From contig NMRA01000058.1 of assembly GCA_002633005.1 (NCBI GenBank), positions 844,511 to 908,510 of the forward strand: DNA of 64,000 nucleotides. Reading direction: 5' to 3'. Under the pieces are notes generated by a model. It saw only the letters and a list, made by a program, of their open reading frames with translations. It was not told the origin of the DNA and did no database searches. The position numbers were made by a program, and so were the translations under genes. Below, one piece after another: positions 1 to 14,039 of the stretch. This DNA comes from Phoronis australis. Taxonomy: Eukaryota > Animalia > Phoronida. How positions within the stretch are numbered: the stretch's first letter is position 1; every line of letters begins with the position of its first letter.

Positions 1-679
1 CAAAGACTCGGGGCAAAACAAGAGCAATATGGCGGGTTTTGCCCCCTTTCCGGTGACGTCACAGTGACTAACGAGAAACTCGCAAGTGAGCTATTCAACC
101 AGTTTTGCATATCGGAAAACATGCTCCCTGAGTACAGCCAGTATTTAACTAGGTAAATATTTAAAAAACATATGTTTTAACTCTGCAGAAGTGCATCTTT
201 TCTTGACAGTAAAAAGTCAGTAGAATTGGATTTTGACTTTCACCAACTCTGCCATTAATTGTGTCACGTGATAATGTCTGTTAAGTAAAACTTAGCAAAA
301 ACAACCGTATCAATGGACTGATCAAATTTTATTTAATATTCAAGATCTCAAAAAATTGAGTCTTCTAAAATATCTTGTTGCATCACTGATAAGTTGCATC
401 TACAAATTACACCCCATTCACCCCATCACATGCACATAGTGCTTTGTTGTACCCTTTGTGTTCCAATGCAATTAACCTAGTAATGTGAAATAGAAATAAT
501 GACAGGCGCACTACTTTCTAACAAAGATTTATACTCTAAATTGTCTTTATCAGTAGGCTTGATTTGCTGCTTGACTGGGGCCTACCTTGCTGTAGCCAGA
601 ATCCCTTTAATGTCCCAACAGACAAGGCAGGGTAAAGCACCTCACCTAGCATAGTCTTGGTGTAGCAAGGTCTGTAAAG

Positions 680-2139
680 CACGGCTGAGAAACAACATGA
701 CCGCCGGTCCTGTTAAATCGGACCGACTCACCCAAAACAGGACCTCCGGAGATCAAATGCGACCGTCGCACCAGAAAATGGGACTGACGCACCTAAAAAC
801 ATGACCGTCCCACCAGAAAACAGGACCGCCGGGGACTGAACATGACTTACTTAAGGGGATTGAAACCGCAGTGACAAACAAGTGAAGATTTATTACCAGT
901 AGGCCTACACAGATCATACAATGGAGCGATATACGTATGCATATGCAGGTCTCGTGCCGATTAATCCAACAAAATCTTTTGTGCGCTACAGGACACTTCG
1001 CTTTGTAACATGCGGCGCTTTTGAGTTTTAACCACAAACTCACCACGTTGCACGCTTTTGAGCTAAATAATTATAACTTTATCCACTGCGTAAGTTTTAG
1101 AACAAAATGAAAATCGTTTTCTCCAATTTGACGTTTTAGTCAAGAAAAAATAACGGGCGATCTGGTTCTCAGGTGAAGCATCATAACTAGCCTTTGTGCG
1201 GCAAAGCAGTATACTAAATATACAGCTTGGCGCCGATGTGGGTAAAACACTGAACATATAAAATCTTCAACGAATTAGTGTTATTAATGACACTCTTCCT
1301 TGAGTAAACTAAATTATTTATCGGCGCTCACCGGGAAAAATTGTCATTCTGTCGTTATTCTGCTGCTAAAATTGAGATGCGTTCTTTTAGGTCGGCTTAC
1401 ATTGACCAGTTCCTTAATTTTTTCACCGATTCTTCAGTCAGCTCTTCTTCTCTTCTACGAGGTTGCATACATGGCACAACAAATTATCAGAACTGGTTTC
1501 ATTTTGTCATAAGTTTTTAGTATTTTAATACCAGCAAATCGAATTTCAGAACAAATCGTGGTGCTGCGAAGTTGAGTCATTATCTTCCGAAAGACGTCGC
1601 AAAATTTTAGGACATGGCGCGTGCTCATGTCATGAGCGCAACAGACTTTTTTGTTACATTAGGCAAACAAAAGACGTTCATTAGATTGTTTTTCACTCAA
1701 GCGGCTGCAACCTGCAAGGTGAGTGTTGATTGACTCCCCAGATTTTGCATGCGCCTGCTCTGCTCGCTAGCTCTACATGTTGATATAAGTTTCACGACAA
1801 GGTGACGAGCAGAACTATACCCGGGCTGTGGGAAATTTCGGGGATGTAATGGAGCTCAATAACGCAGTGCTACCAAGCTTTATTTTGGCGAGTCTTTACA
1901 CAGCTAGCTGACCCGTTACGTAATCACAAGCAGTATCATACATTAGACATCGATAACTACACATTGTCCGGCTGTCATGTTCAGTCCCCGGCGGTAATTT
2001 TTTGTGGTGGGGCGGTTATGTTTTTAGATGTGTCAGTCCCATTTTCTGGTGCGACGGTCCCATTTGATCCCCGGAGGTCCTGTTTTGGGTGAGTCAGTCC
2101 GATTTAGAGGACCGGCGGTCATGTTGTTTCTCACCCGTG
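680..2139. mobile_element. Non-autonomous DNA transposon with ~165-bp TIRs, CAC...GTG termini and a 5-bp TSD (CMC/Transib-like)
   Basis: 680-846 (CACGGCTGAGAAACAACATGACCGCCGGTCC...) is the reverse complement of ~1974-2139 (...GGACCGGCGGTCATGTTGTTTCTCACCCGTG). TAAAG flanks both ends (675-679 and 2140-2144). No convincing internal ORF. Confidence 0.85.
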
Positions 2140-5100
2140 TAAAGGCTACAACATGCCCATGCCACCTTTATGCAACTTAAAGAGTTTCTTCATGAAACCC
2201 ACGAAAGTCCTATTTTTTAAAACACCTCATGTAAAAGTGGAACATTTTAAAAACAATTTGTAACAGTATCTGAAGGTTTCATAAGAATCTGATCGGCTGT
2301 TTCCGAGTTATGATGTTCCAAACATAGCTCATTTAGACATTTTTCTGGAGTCCTACATTACCTTAAATCTACTTTTCTCACCAAGTTAAAATACATTGGA
2401 GTTTCAGCCATACCTCATCAACGTGCCTCAGTTTCCAATATCTTCACAAACATAGCCACTTCAATTGGTCAATAGAAGTTTTAAGACAAGTTGCTCTTTA
2501 TAATAGCTAAATAGTTACTGTTTGTAAATTAAGAATTTGTAATGAAGCACAAACTAAATTCTAAGCAGCAGGATATTTTAAATAAATAGAGCCCAAGATA
2601 ATAAATACTAAAAAAATTGCATACTGGCCGGCATTTGTGGCCATGTAAATCAAACTAGTTTCAAAGACAGGGTAAGGGCACCAAGATTTTCATATTTATG
2701 CTTTTGCAACCACAGATGTATTATGAATAAGATTAATGCATTGCAGGTGTCTGACACAATCCCAAACTAAATAATGTCAAAACCACCCGTTGTTTTTCAC
2801 ATACGTAGTTCTCGTTTCCAGTCACATGATACCCAGAAAGTCAGGCAACAGTGAAACACACATGAATTATTTTCCAAGCATATTAAGCATAACAATTTCA
2901 TCAGACTACACTTCTAATGAGCTAGTAATTGGTGTTTTGCAGACACGATCACTGAATAATTTAGTGTTTTTATCAGTCCAGCAAATTTATCCATTTGGAT
3001 GAATAAATAACATGTTGTTTCAGAACTGAGCAACATTCAAGATTTCAGCTGCCAAAGCAAATGCCGGTGCATAACTTGTCACTGTTACACGGTGTATAAT
3101 TTGTCACTGTTACACCAGACCCTACAAAAATGCTCAAATTTGTCTAAGTATGTTGCATGATATCTCCAACATGGCTGATTAGATTCAAAAGAAAGTTCCA
3201 GACTTTGTGCACTTTTTTCCAAAACGTCCGTCAGAAATGTTTTATGAAATAATCTACTTTTGCATGAGGGGCTATCAAAACAGCGCTTTAAGGGATATTT
3301 TATTAAAAATAAAAAATTGAAAATTAAACAATAATTTTGAAAACTTAAGTTTGGGATTTCACCATGAAAATTCATATTAACAAATGTAGTCATGTTACCG
3401 ACATGGTAAAATGTTACAAAAATAGTTGTCAAAATTGTCTTTTTCACTTTTTAAAGGCTTCTGTTATTGTTGTCAGTACCCACGTCGTGTGTTGTTTATC
3501 AGATTATCAGATCCAGTGTGACCAGCATTCTTCTCACATATAAAGCGGTGAAACCAAACGCGCTCACAGCATTTGCTTTGCAGAGCACAAAAACTAGACA
3601 AACCTACTGAACATATTGATGACCACTAAGTTTCATCTGGCCACACCATAAAAATGGACAATACAGGAGTTTTACTTCTCTCATTTTTACCACATTAATA
3701 TTGCCTGTTGGCAGCTGCCATACAAATCTTGATCATGGAAAGCATTTGGCGCTAAGAATATCTTTTACTAAAAACGAGGATAAACTTTCACTTGTCTACC
3801 AAGTTGCCTTAAATAGGCGAGTTATTATGGTAATGTTGTTTTGCTTTACCGTTCTTTTTTTGTTTGATATTTATTAACTTTAAAACCACAATTTACTTTC
3901 TTTTGACAAGTACCTACATTATCAACATCATTAAACCTTCCTTTATAGCATATCATACGAAAACGCAAATTCAATAACCTAAGAAATGAGAAAATAGAAA
4001 ACCATGTACGTTAATTGGAAGTCTCTTAGCTCCACGGACATGACTGACGTATGAACGGAACCAATGCTAGTGTACACGTGATGCAGGTTTACTCGTCTCG
4101 GCAGGAACCTTGCCATGTTCAGGCGACATTCGAATATCAGAATACTAAATGCGCCACAACATCCACCTCACTTGATCGTACTCATCCACAAAAACGGCGC
4201 AAGCATTCACATGAGCAATGCATGGCAAGCTCATTATTTATGTGTAACGTATATATTGGAAAATTTGAAGATGTGCTGTGTAAGATATTTAAGTCACGCT
4301 CCTTACTACAGTTTCTACAATCCATCGACAGTTTATTTGATTCTTGCACGAGAAGTTCTCATCTGTTCTAGAATTGCGAACATCACCGCAAGTGGGTAAT
4401 AAATTTACAATGACCGATGCTTTATTAATAAAGTTAACGTTTCACTGTCAATTTTGCAATACAAAATCAACTACAATTTCGTGTCCCAACTCCCACCCAA
4501 TACAGCAGTTACAATCTAATTCTATTGAAAACACCTTCAGCAAGACAGAACTGAAGTATATTGTTACTGCAATCAACAGAATATGATTTTTTTAAGCTAC
4601 TTGGTTGGGATTATTTTCATAAAGCCAATGAAAAGAAAAATCTGTATCTCCATGGCTTCATCATTATCCAAATTAAGCGCAATCGCAATCCGTAAGAGTG
4701 GCTTTAGTACTTGTGACATAATTTTCAATCAATAATATGAAACATGTAGTGGCCATTTCGCACAACAATAGTTCTTGCACTCGATGAAGGGAAGACAGCA
4801 AATTAACATTCCAATAACGTAATTTGAATACTCGTCAATTTTCCCTCCTTTTCTATTTTCATAACAAGTAGGCATTAACACCTGGTGACAACTTGCCAAT
4901 TATGATATTTGCTGTTTAGACCATTGAAACAGCGCATAACGATCTGTGTCAAGGGGCTACTTACACACGACGAAGAAATGGTGGCATGGCGGATGTTGAA
5001 GCGCGTACGCTTAAGGTTATAAGAAGCTAGAGTTGCAGCTTATGTTGAAAAAGAGAACAGTAAGTCGACCGCGTGGTCACACAGCTGGCACGCAAATTTT

Positions 5101-8100
5101 CAGAGCGATTAGGCACTCCATTTTTGGTCTGTGTGGAATTCAGAAAAAATTGTCTCCTCATTATAGTGTTTTTCCTTCGACGTTAACTTTATTTATTGTG
5201 CCTATCTTGTTTTCAAAATGGTAAAGGTGTGAAAACCTGAATCAGCAACATCGCACACCAGCGGCTTCTCAATAATACACTTGCGTTATTGAAAATGGCG
5301 CTCTTCAAGACCATATTCAGTCTTTGGACTACAATTATTTTTCAAAAAAGTTTTGAAAATTCAAGATCACTTGGTTCCAAAGATTCCAACAGGCATAGTG
5401 GTGGTATCATGTAAAACTGTTATGATTGGTTAATGCATGCTTTGACCCAATAATTACTAATGGCCGACGTTCTGTGTGCTGCAACTGTTTTTTTCTTTTT
5501 CCAGTGCTCCATGTTTCATATCCATCTTACCTTATATTCTAAAACATGATAACTTCTCTAAAACTGACGACTCGGCACGTTTCGGACACATTTTGCGTGA
5601 CATCATGAATGAAAAGCAAGAAACGTCTTGCAACCACATCACTCAACACTAGATAAATTAAGAGTATTCACATACATAGCAACTGTCAAAGCCACAATAC
5701 CATCCAGAGACTTTGAATGGTTTTAGCATTAAGATTAGTAGTATAAAGGTCACTATGTATTGTCTAGAGTGTAGGGAATATATAAGCATGTTGGAAAGTA
5801 CATTTTGATTGTAGGATTAGAATTCCTACTTTATACTAATATCTGGTGACATCTGCCTAATAAACAAAGTATTTTTATCAAGGTTATTAGCTGTGCAATG
5901 CTATAAAACAGGTGACCACACTTTCGTTGGGTGACTTGTCACCCAGGTGTCATGCATGCTTTGGGATGTACATAGAGGAAGGAAAACATTTGAATCAGTT
6001 GAACTAAACAGACAAGAGGCAAAGGAAGTCACGCGTGGATCGGATGAGAAAATGGCCAACCGTGTGCATGTAGCATGATTACACCAGCCTCGTTCCAGTT
6101 TCCTGTGTAGACATATGGTTGGACATAGCACGAGATCGGGTGCAAGTTGATAGCGATAAAACTGACGCGATGGTGACGACTCATTTTTATGTAAACTTCC
6201 ATTTACACACAGAGTTGTTAAGTCGCTTCATGGCAGCTGCTGCGTGTCAGCTTTTGTAATGTAAACGGTACTGAAGTTACTAATTGCAAATTGATTAAAA
6301 TGAATACTTAATTACACATCAACATCTTCAGACAAATGACACACATGCATTAGTTCTTTATAATCTCCATGGTTATGAAACATTTATACTCAGTTGTCCA
6401 CGACATGAAGGAAATGTAATAATAGGTTTCATCAGTACTTTGACCTGACAATTTTACTTCAATGTTTTATACTGCATACATAGCTATACTTTCCAAATGT
6501 AAAAAGTTCTTACATTGAAAGTAAATATTTCTGTGTCTTTTGGCAATGACTATAGGTGAAAAATTACAAAATGTTGAAATCAAGGGTTCATGACAACGTA
6601 TTTGGTAAAACTTAGTGCCTCTTCTGACATTCTAGCTGGCACATTTAAGCACCATTGGTTATATTAAATTAAATAAAACAACAAAATAGGGCAAAATACC
6701 AGTAAAAACCAAGTTTTTTTAAATATTGCTCGTTGCCACCTAGTGGTCACATGCAAAACTACTTTCAATTATAAACTTCTAGACTATTTTGATGCTTACA
6801 CTGAACAAGTGACGAATTTAGAAAGAATGCACCAGGGTGGTGATAATTTGTAAACAAAAACTATGATAAAGAAAGAAGTGAGGCAAACAGAAGGAAAAAA
6901 GGGCAAAAGCAGACCTCAATTCTGAATTAGTTTTTGTTAATTTTTACCACAGACACACCTCCTATCACAATTAGCGCATACCTCAGGGCCAAAGAAAGGC
7001 AACTTTGTCAATAACCCACATACGTTATATGGGGATGCACAAAATAATTGGCAGTTAATTTACAGGGAAATAAATGAAAAATTACTGCTAAATTCACTGG
7101 GCAAGTTTTTCTACTGGAGAACAGGTATGTTTCTGTAATGGAGGAAACACTCGATGTCTCAGACTATGACAAAAGCCAGACTTGGGTGTATGCATGTGCA
7201 TGTGAGCATGTGTGCATGAACATGCGAGTGCACAGCAACCCTCATCATCTGTCTTTAATCCAGTACCAAAACAAGAATTCATGGTAGGCTTGCTCTTCAA
7301 GAGCAACACAAACAGAAAACAAGAGGTGCTCCTAACATAATAGGAGTGTCACACATGCATTAAGTAAGTAACTCAGACACAAGAAACCTGATACAGGTAA
7401 AGCGCAGCTTGCAGATGACCAGTTGTTATTAGCTACCTGTCATCTTTGTGAGAACAACTCTTTGCAACGCCTAGGCAGTTATCAGGTAAACTGTATTTAG
7501 ATGGCACCAAGTGCAACCTTTTAAACCTGATGAATATGGATCATTTCCTGTTGGTGAGTTGTGCAAATGTGACACAATGCACGCAAAACAGACGACCAGG
7601 AAGATCAGTGAGACACTATTTTTGTTTAGATATGGACCCCGCCTAGTGAACACTACCACTGAAGGAGAATGCCACCACGAACAACTTCTGTTTTAGTGGC
7701 AGAGCACCCTTTGTAAGTCTGCTTTTCGCGTTCTACGCCACTTTAACAACAGATATACAGATGAGAAGGCGGAAGCACAAGTCTGAGAGAATCTGCACAA
7801 TATTGCAGCGTCAAACCATCAAAGGAAACCCCAAATCTGAAATACCTGTTTCTGTGCAACTGTTTACTTGTATTGAGACAGTATAACACTGAAGGTAGAC
7901 AGTCCAGGGTGAAGAGTAACGTTTCTTTAAGCCTGTAAGGCAAGATCCCAACCTTAATGTAGCCCTAGTGAAAGAACTTGAATGTGGAAATGACAAGAAC
8001 ATCGATGGAGTTTTTAGTCGACAATTTACTTTAGTTAGATTTGTGTCCATCAAGACTTTCTCAAATGTTTGTCATGGACGTACCTGTGGAAAATTTCCTT

Positions 8101-8447
8101 TTGTCACCAACTAGACGTACCTAAGCTCAAAACTTCACAAGTTAGCACAACGATTTAATCGCAGTAGTAAGTGTATCCTTCCAACGTTTAAAGGCGAAGG
8201 CAACGTTTTTTCATGTCATTTTTAGCAAAAATAAGGTTCGTTGATTATCCCAGACATATTTTTCACTTATTTACTGCTTTTCGTAATTTAATTAATTACT
8301 CATCGTCTACTCCGGAAGTGAAGTTTTGGGAGGCAAGAATTTCTCGCCAATTTCTTTTCATATAGTCTTACTGTGAAAGCAGTCGAGTCAGTCATTGTTC
8401 TACCTCAGTTGTGATAAGTTCGGTCGTCGTTTGCTTTTGCTTACGAG

Positions 8448-9066
8448 TCAGTCAACATGCCACGCTGTTGCTGCATACTGGGGTGTACTCATTATCGTCT
8501 CACGTACAGAGGAAGAACTGTCCCACTTGCCCGAGTGTCCCGCAACACACTCCCACTGAAGGGTGATCTGAGCACCCAAACTGCTTACATTCCGCCAAGT
8601 GACTCCCTTGCCACATACCTGGCACCTTCCAAATAGCTCCAATACAAGTCCACAATAAACTCATCAAACTTAATAGGCTCACCAGACTGTTCATTGGATG
8701 ACGAACTGTCCTCTTCACTGGGTGTCGAACTGGGCCTGTATTCACTCCCACTACTCAACATCGCTGCAGGGCTGCTTACAGGCTCTGGGCTAGAGACAAT
8801 GGACAGCACAGGGCGAATCACTGTTAGTTCCTGGAATTGCACACAATGGGGTACGTTCGGAGGCACGGGTGACAGTAGATGAAGTGCCTCCAGTCACTGT
8901 ATACAGTGGCCACAGCTCGCGAGGCTTCTCGCTTCAAAAACGCACTTCTCGGGGTTGGCAACGGGGCACTGCCGGGAATCAACAGCGACGGTATGGCACC
9001 CTTCTTCAGACAACACTTCATCTCCAACTTAGAATCCAAAACTGAGGCGACGTGTTTTAAGCGAGT
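8448..9066 (-). pseudogene. Degenerate THAP-type transposase fragment (Kolobok-like)
   Basis: Frameshifted minus-strand pieces: LKKGAIPSL (THAP C-terminal AVP motif) followed by PRSAFLKRE, an S/E/D-rich linker, and ELFGRCQVCG...GAQITLQWECVAGHSGKWDSS (zinc ribbon CxxC...CxxGHxxxW). A Kolobok-like terminus TTAA-AGG lies nearby at ~8188-8194, but its partner end was not found. Confidence 0.55.
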
Positions 9067-10789
9067 TCATCAGTAACACAGGCAAGAAATTAGTTGCCAG
9101 CGACGTCACTTTCACAGACGATGACAGTGATCGTGATGCCACTGCTGACGATAACATCGACATGTCGACGTTGGGGGTGAACATGGAACGACCGACAGCA
9201 CTGACAAGCCGAGGGTGCATCCAGCTGCCACAACAATACTATGATGACACCGCGGGCTATACCGATTGACAACAAAAATACTGACTGAGGGACAACACTG
9301 GCATGTCACTGAACCAAACAACATCAACGCCGAAGACGACGCTGTTGCAAGCCACAATGCTCCAGCAAAGGCTAACATCGATGACAACACTGACAATGAA
9401 AACAGTATTAATGATGCTGGCAATAACAGTCTAGTTCTTGCAAGTTTGTAGGATGTTGTATTAAATTCAATGCAAGACTTGCTAATGCCATCTGCCCATC
9501 TGTTAGAATTTTTTGAAAGTGACAAAGTTGATGCAAAGGAGAAGGGGTTGATGCAAAGGAGAAGGGGTTGACACAAGAGCCGCATTACCACTACTCACGA
9601 GTTTGAAGCTCAGTCTAGAAACGCACTGAAATATTTCCCCTTAACAATCAGATTACAACTACAACTAAAATCCTGTGTGATCAATAAAACCGACATTAGC
9701 CAAAAACTCTGCAACAAATGATTACATCGTTCATTACACGAGCATTTAATTATGTGGGATTGCACGCACAATCAGTGACCAACACCTTCAGTTCTCAGTT
9801 TATCAGTTTTCAACCTAATTTCACACATCTAGTAAATCATAGTTCCAATCCCAATTCCTATGGGAGTAAAGATTTTCCAATAAACCAGGATTGGAATATA
9901 CTAATTAACAGGCGGCTACAGAGGACTGACAAAGGAAATGACTGATGGCAAGAGTGAAATTAGCTAACCGCAGGGGCACATGCAATTTGTAATGACAGCA
10001 GAAACTGACACGAGAGTGAAGACTGGTCAGTAGAGGTTTACACAACAATGGAAAAAAACAACACACTGCACTGATTCAAAAAATTATAATTCAGTAGTTT
10101 TGGTAGGGAATTACATGAACAGTTAAGGTACATACCAAAACTGCAGCTAGGTACCTTAATCATTTTGAGCTCATCTGAATGACCATCTTGTCTAGTTTAT
10201 CATAATTAAGAAACAATATTTGAATTGACTGTGTAGTTTGGGGGTCACTCTAAACATAAAAATCATCCCGATTTTGTGTACCGGTCTTGAATTCTTGTAA
10301 CTGACAAGTAAATAGAATTAACAACATTATTGATTTTGTGCAATCGTCAATTATCAAAGGAATGTCATTTAATTTGTCAAACATGAGTGACCTCTCAGGA
10401 TCAAAGGTCAGTTTCTGGACATCATGATACCTGTATGTCCATCCCAAAAAAGCGTTAAGTTCTCTCATCATACACTATATCTAATTTAGAATTATGTGTC
10501 GGCAGTGTAATCAAGTCAATGTTAAGAGAGTGACAGGGAGGCAGGATCATCAGGTGTGTTGACGATAACAGAAAAATTCAAAGTTTTAGGGAAACTAATC
10601 ACCTGAATTAATTTGGCCAAACTTGTGACTAGAGTTTCCAAGAAGTTACACCAGTTCCAGTACACCAGTTTTGACAATCCTTAAGTGCCATCCACACATA
10701 GTGACTTAACCTAGTTGCTCTTGGAACAAGATGGCGCCAGGTCTGGAGGGTGCATGGACGCTATTTAATTAAATGAATTCTCCGAGAAG

Positions 10790-12035
10790 CAAAACTTGGC
10801 GAAATTAACCAAAAAACTATGTTAGAGATGACCAGAAAAGACGACGACAGAGATGACGACAAAGATGACAGCTATGGCGACGATGGTGGCGATGATGGAC
10901 AATGCAAGTTATGATATCATTCATATGACGAACGTAGAAGTCAGAAATCACTAAGAAATAGGCTACAGTCTTGAGCGACACTTGGCAAAATTAACTGAAG
11001 AAAAGATGATGTCGGAGATGATGAAGAAGATGAGGAATATGATGACGATGGTGGTGGTGATGATGAACAACATCATAACATTCATATGAGGAACTTAGAT
11101 GTCATAAATCAGTAAGAAATAGACTACAGTCTAGTTCAATAGAAGCTAAACCAACATCAATGCAGCACGAGCGCTCAACAAAGGAACAGCGTTATCAGAA
11201 AATCTCAAATAACTCGAAAAGTAGATGTCCTAGCGAAAAATGGAATACATCTTCTGAAAGACCGTTCAAAACTCTATCTAAACTGATGGTATCACCTAGT
11301 TCTGTAAATTTTTCGAAAAAAAAAAATGAAATTTTGCGTTTTTTTAAAGAATTTCAAAGTCAAATAACTCGAAGACGGTAAGTCGGAGAAAAAATTGTTA
11401 CAGGTCATTTGAAAGAGTATACCTCAAAGAATCCACATGCAAATAATCATGTCTTTTTCTCTTCCCGTTTAAAATTGCACTCCAGCACGACTGAAAATGG
11501 GTGAACATGCGGCAGATCCGCCATCTTGAAAGCAACTTCAGGTTTATTGGCTCTGTACAATAGCATGTGATAAGAAACTAATGCCTGCAAAAGTTCGAAG
11601 GAATTGGCCTTATAATGCGCACTCTACAGGAAAAAACGTTAACTTTTTAGGCCAAAATCGAGGTGAGCATGCGCGATCGCTGATATTTCCGCCATCTTTA
11701 ACCAGAAGTAAACAATTTCCGGTATCGTTGTAGCACACTTCCAGTCCATTTACTGTGCTGATTCTTAGCCTTTTTCGTAAAAAACTGTAGTCTCCAGATC
11801 GAAAACAAAATGGCCGCCACATCCGCCATCTTGGATCCGATTATGACGAAAAACAATAGGCTTCCAGTACTTCTGGAACTACGTGTTATGTGTAAATTTC
11901 GTGATGATCGGACGAAAATTGCGACCTGTAACGTGCAAACAAAAAAAGCAAACTTGATGGAAGACCAACATACTTGGCGAAATTTATTTTGCCAAAAAAA
12001 AAAACCTTAGTGACAGAGCAACATACTTGGCGAAC
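10790..12035. repeat. Non-coding interspersed repeat with two internal GAT/GAC-rich ~160-180-bp units and a terminal hairpin (Helentron/HINE-like)
   Basis: CTTGGC(G/A)AA recurs at ~10796, 10982, 11974 and 12026. Hairpin TTGGCGAAATTTATTTTGCCAA at ~11975-11996. Units ending in ...AAGAAATAG(G/A)CTACAGTCT lie at ~10972 and ~11132. Confidence 0.4.
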
Positions 12036-12592
12036 TAGTGCAACTTACCCCACTTGTGACAACTTACTCAACTTCTGCCTGGTCCAAGTTATCTGATATG
12101 TATGTGTGTGGACGTTCCACTTGAAGTGGAGTAAATTGCACAAGGGGCAAGCTGTTCTAGGGTAGCCTGTGTGTGGATGGGACTTAGGTAAGATGTACTT
12201 CACTATGAAATAAAAATTATATGGATATTTCTTGTTTCCTGCTGATGCTTTAGGAGCCAAGTGAGATTTTTGACTTGTTAGTATGTACACAGTGTAATGA
12301 TAATAGTTGTCAACTTTTCACATTGAAGTAATTGCCTAAAATTGACATCACACAACTTTTAGGGCTTGGAATGACCAATGACAAAAACACAGAAATATTT
12401 TTGTGTTGCAAAATTAATTGAAATAAACATTTTTGCACGAATAAATTCAAAATAATGATAAAAAGAAATGAAAAAAGAGGAAATTGAAACCAAGAGGAAA
12501 TTATCTTAAAAGAAGACAATTCCAAGCACTGAATTTTCTACCTTCAGAAAAGATATGCCTTGACCAAGTTATAGTTCTGTACATGTTAGACT

Positions 12593-12594
<2 letters not shown>

Positions 12595-12645
<51 letters not shown>
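12595..12645. repeat. (CA)n microsatellite
   Basis: About 25 perfect AC units. Confidence 0.98.
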
Positions 12646-12647
<2 letters not shown>

Positions 12648-13528
12648 ATGTCCCAGTGACCACGGACAGGGGGGAAGAATAGGTGGTCCAGGAGTGGAGA
12701 ATCAAAGGGCTGCCGTCGGAGGAAAAAACCTGTTGTGATCTGTGAAACTACCCCCAGAAAATGTGGTTGTGAACCATGAAATCGATGAATTCTCATGTGT
12801 GAAGCAATAGGCGAACCCTCTTCACCGCCTCTTTCAGAGATGTAATTTTGCTACTATGTAGAAGACTATTGACTTTAAAACATTAAGATGGAAATTGCAA
12901 GTGTTTTCTTTTCAAAATTCAAGTTGGAGTAATTTTTCACACCCAGTAATTCATACGGAAGAATTACGCCCTTCATCTAATCAGTCGCTACTGTTATAAG
13001 TTATTAAAAGCTGTACTAAGCACACAGAGGAAATTACACATCTGCTCGTACACTCAGGCATCAATCAGTGTTCACTAGCTTTCCAATGTCTAAATGCAAT
13101 TAGCCAAATCTATTAGATACAGAGGATTAATTCCAACACAACACCGGTCCTCAAGAGCAGGCATGGATCCAAAGTGGTACTAAGGGGCGCAAACCTTGAA
13201 ATCCATGGTCACCTTGAACGTTACATCATTGACACAATGGAGGATTGAGAAATGCATTAAATTTAAGGAACTTTCCACTGCTGAGCATTCAAGTGCTTAA
13301 AATCACCAATTCCATATCAGAATCACCAAAAAACAACCCCGATCAGCTGTCAAGTTAGAGCACCCGCCAACACTATCTGATGATATGTTAATTAGCTATC
13401 TCAGATTATGAACATTTATTGGTCTAAACATACTGTGTAAAATCGGGACAACCAATCACAGAGCTCCAGTAGTTTTTCTCCATTATGTCTGGTGTGAAGT
13501 CGGCAGAAGTTGCTACTTATAATAAGGA

Positions 13529-13690
13529 ATGGCGAGGCGTTGCGTTTGTGGTCGTTGTGACAACTTAGTATTTGAGAACGCTGTGCCTCTTTTCACATTT
13601 CCTCGAGACATCAGAGAAGCGCGTATATGGTACAAGTTTGTACAAGAAACTCATGTGCTAGTGGACATGGACACACTCCGGCTGTGTACC
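13529..13690 (+). pseudogene. N-terminal half of a THAP zinc finger (transposon relic)
   Basis: MARRCVCGRCDN...LFTFPRD...IWYKFV...LRLC matches the THAP pattern MxxCxxxxC...LFxFPxD...W...LC. The HF and AVP motifs are lost. Confidence 0.7.
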
Positions 13691-14039
13691 TTCATATGTC
13701 ACACTTACGTCTGTGGAGCTAACAAACTTTCAACTGAAGTGTTTTTATTCTATTTCGTCGTTTTTGGAATATTGAATTCATTATTGTGATATACGGTGCT
13801 ATAAAGGAAGGTTTAATGCTACTAACAATGTAATCTCTTGTCAAAACAAGGTAAACGTTGGTTTTACGAACTTAAGTCAATGCGGCATAGTAAGAAACTC
13901 GACATTTCGGCACCTATAACACTGTCTACTTTTACTATTTGACCTGTTCGTAACACCAGTAATACACTAAAATCTTGCTTCTCAATTTCACAGGTAACTA
14001 CATTGTAGCACTCCCTTGAAGAGTAAAAACTAAAGCAAT

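Noticed and set aside
9080-9591. Overlapping ORFs of 61-159 aa rich in D/N/T or S/V/L
   Set aside because: Low-complexity GAC/AAC trinucleotide-rich sequence keeps frames open, and no domain is recognisable.
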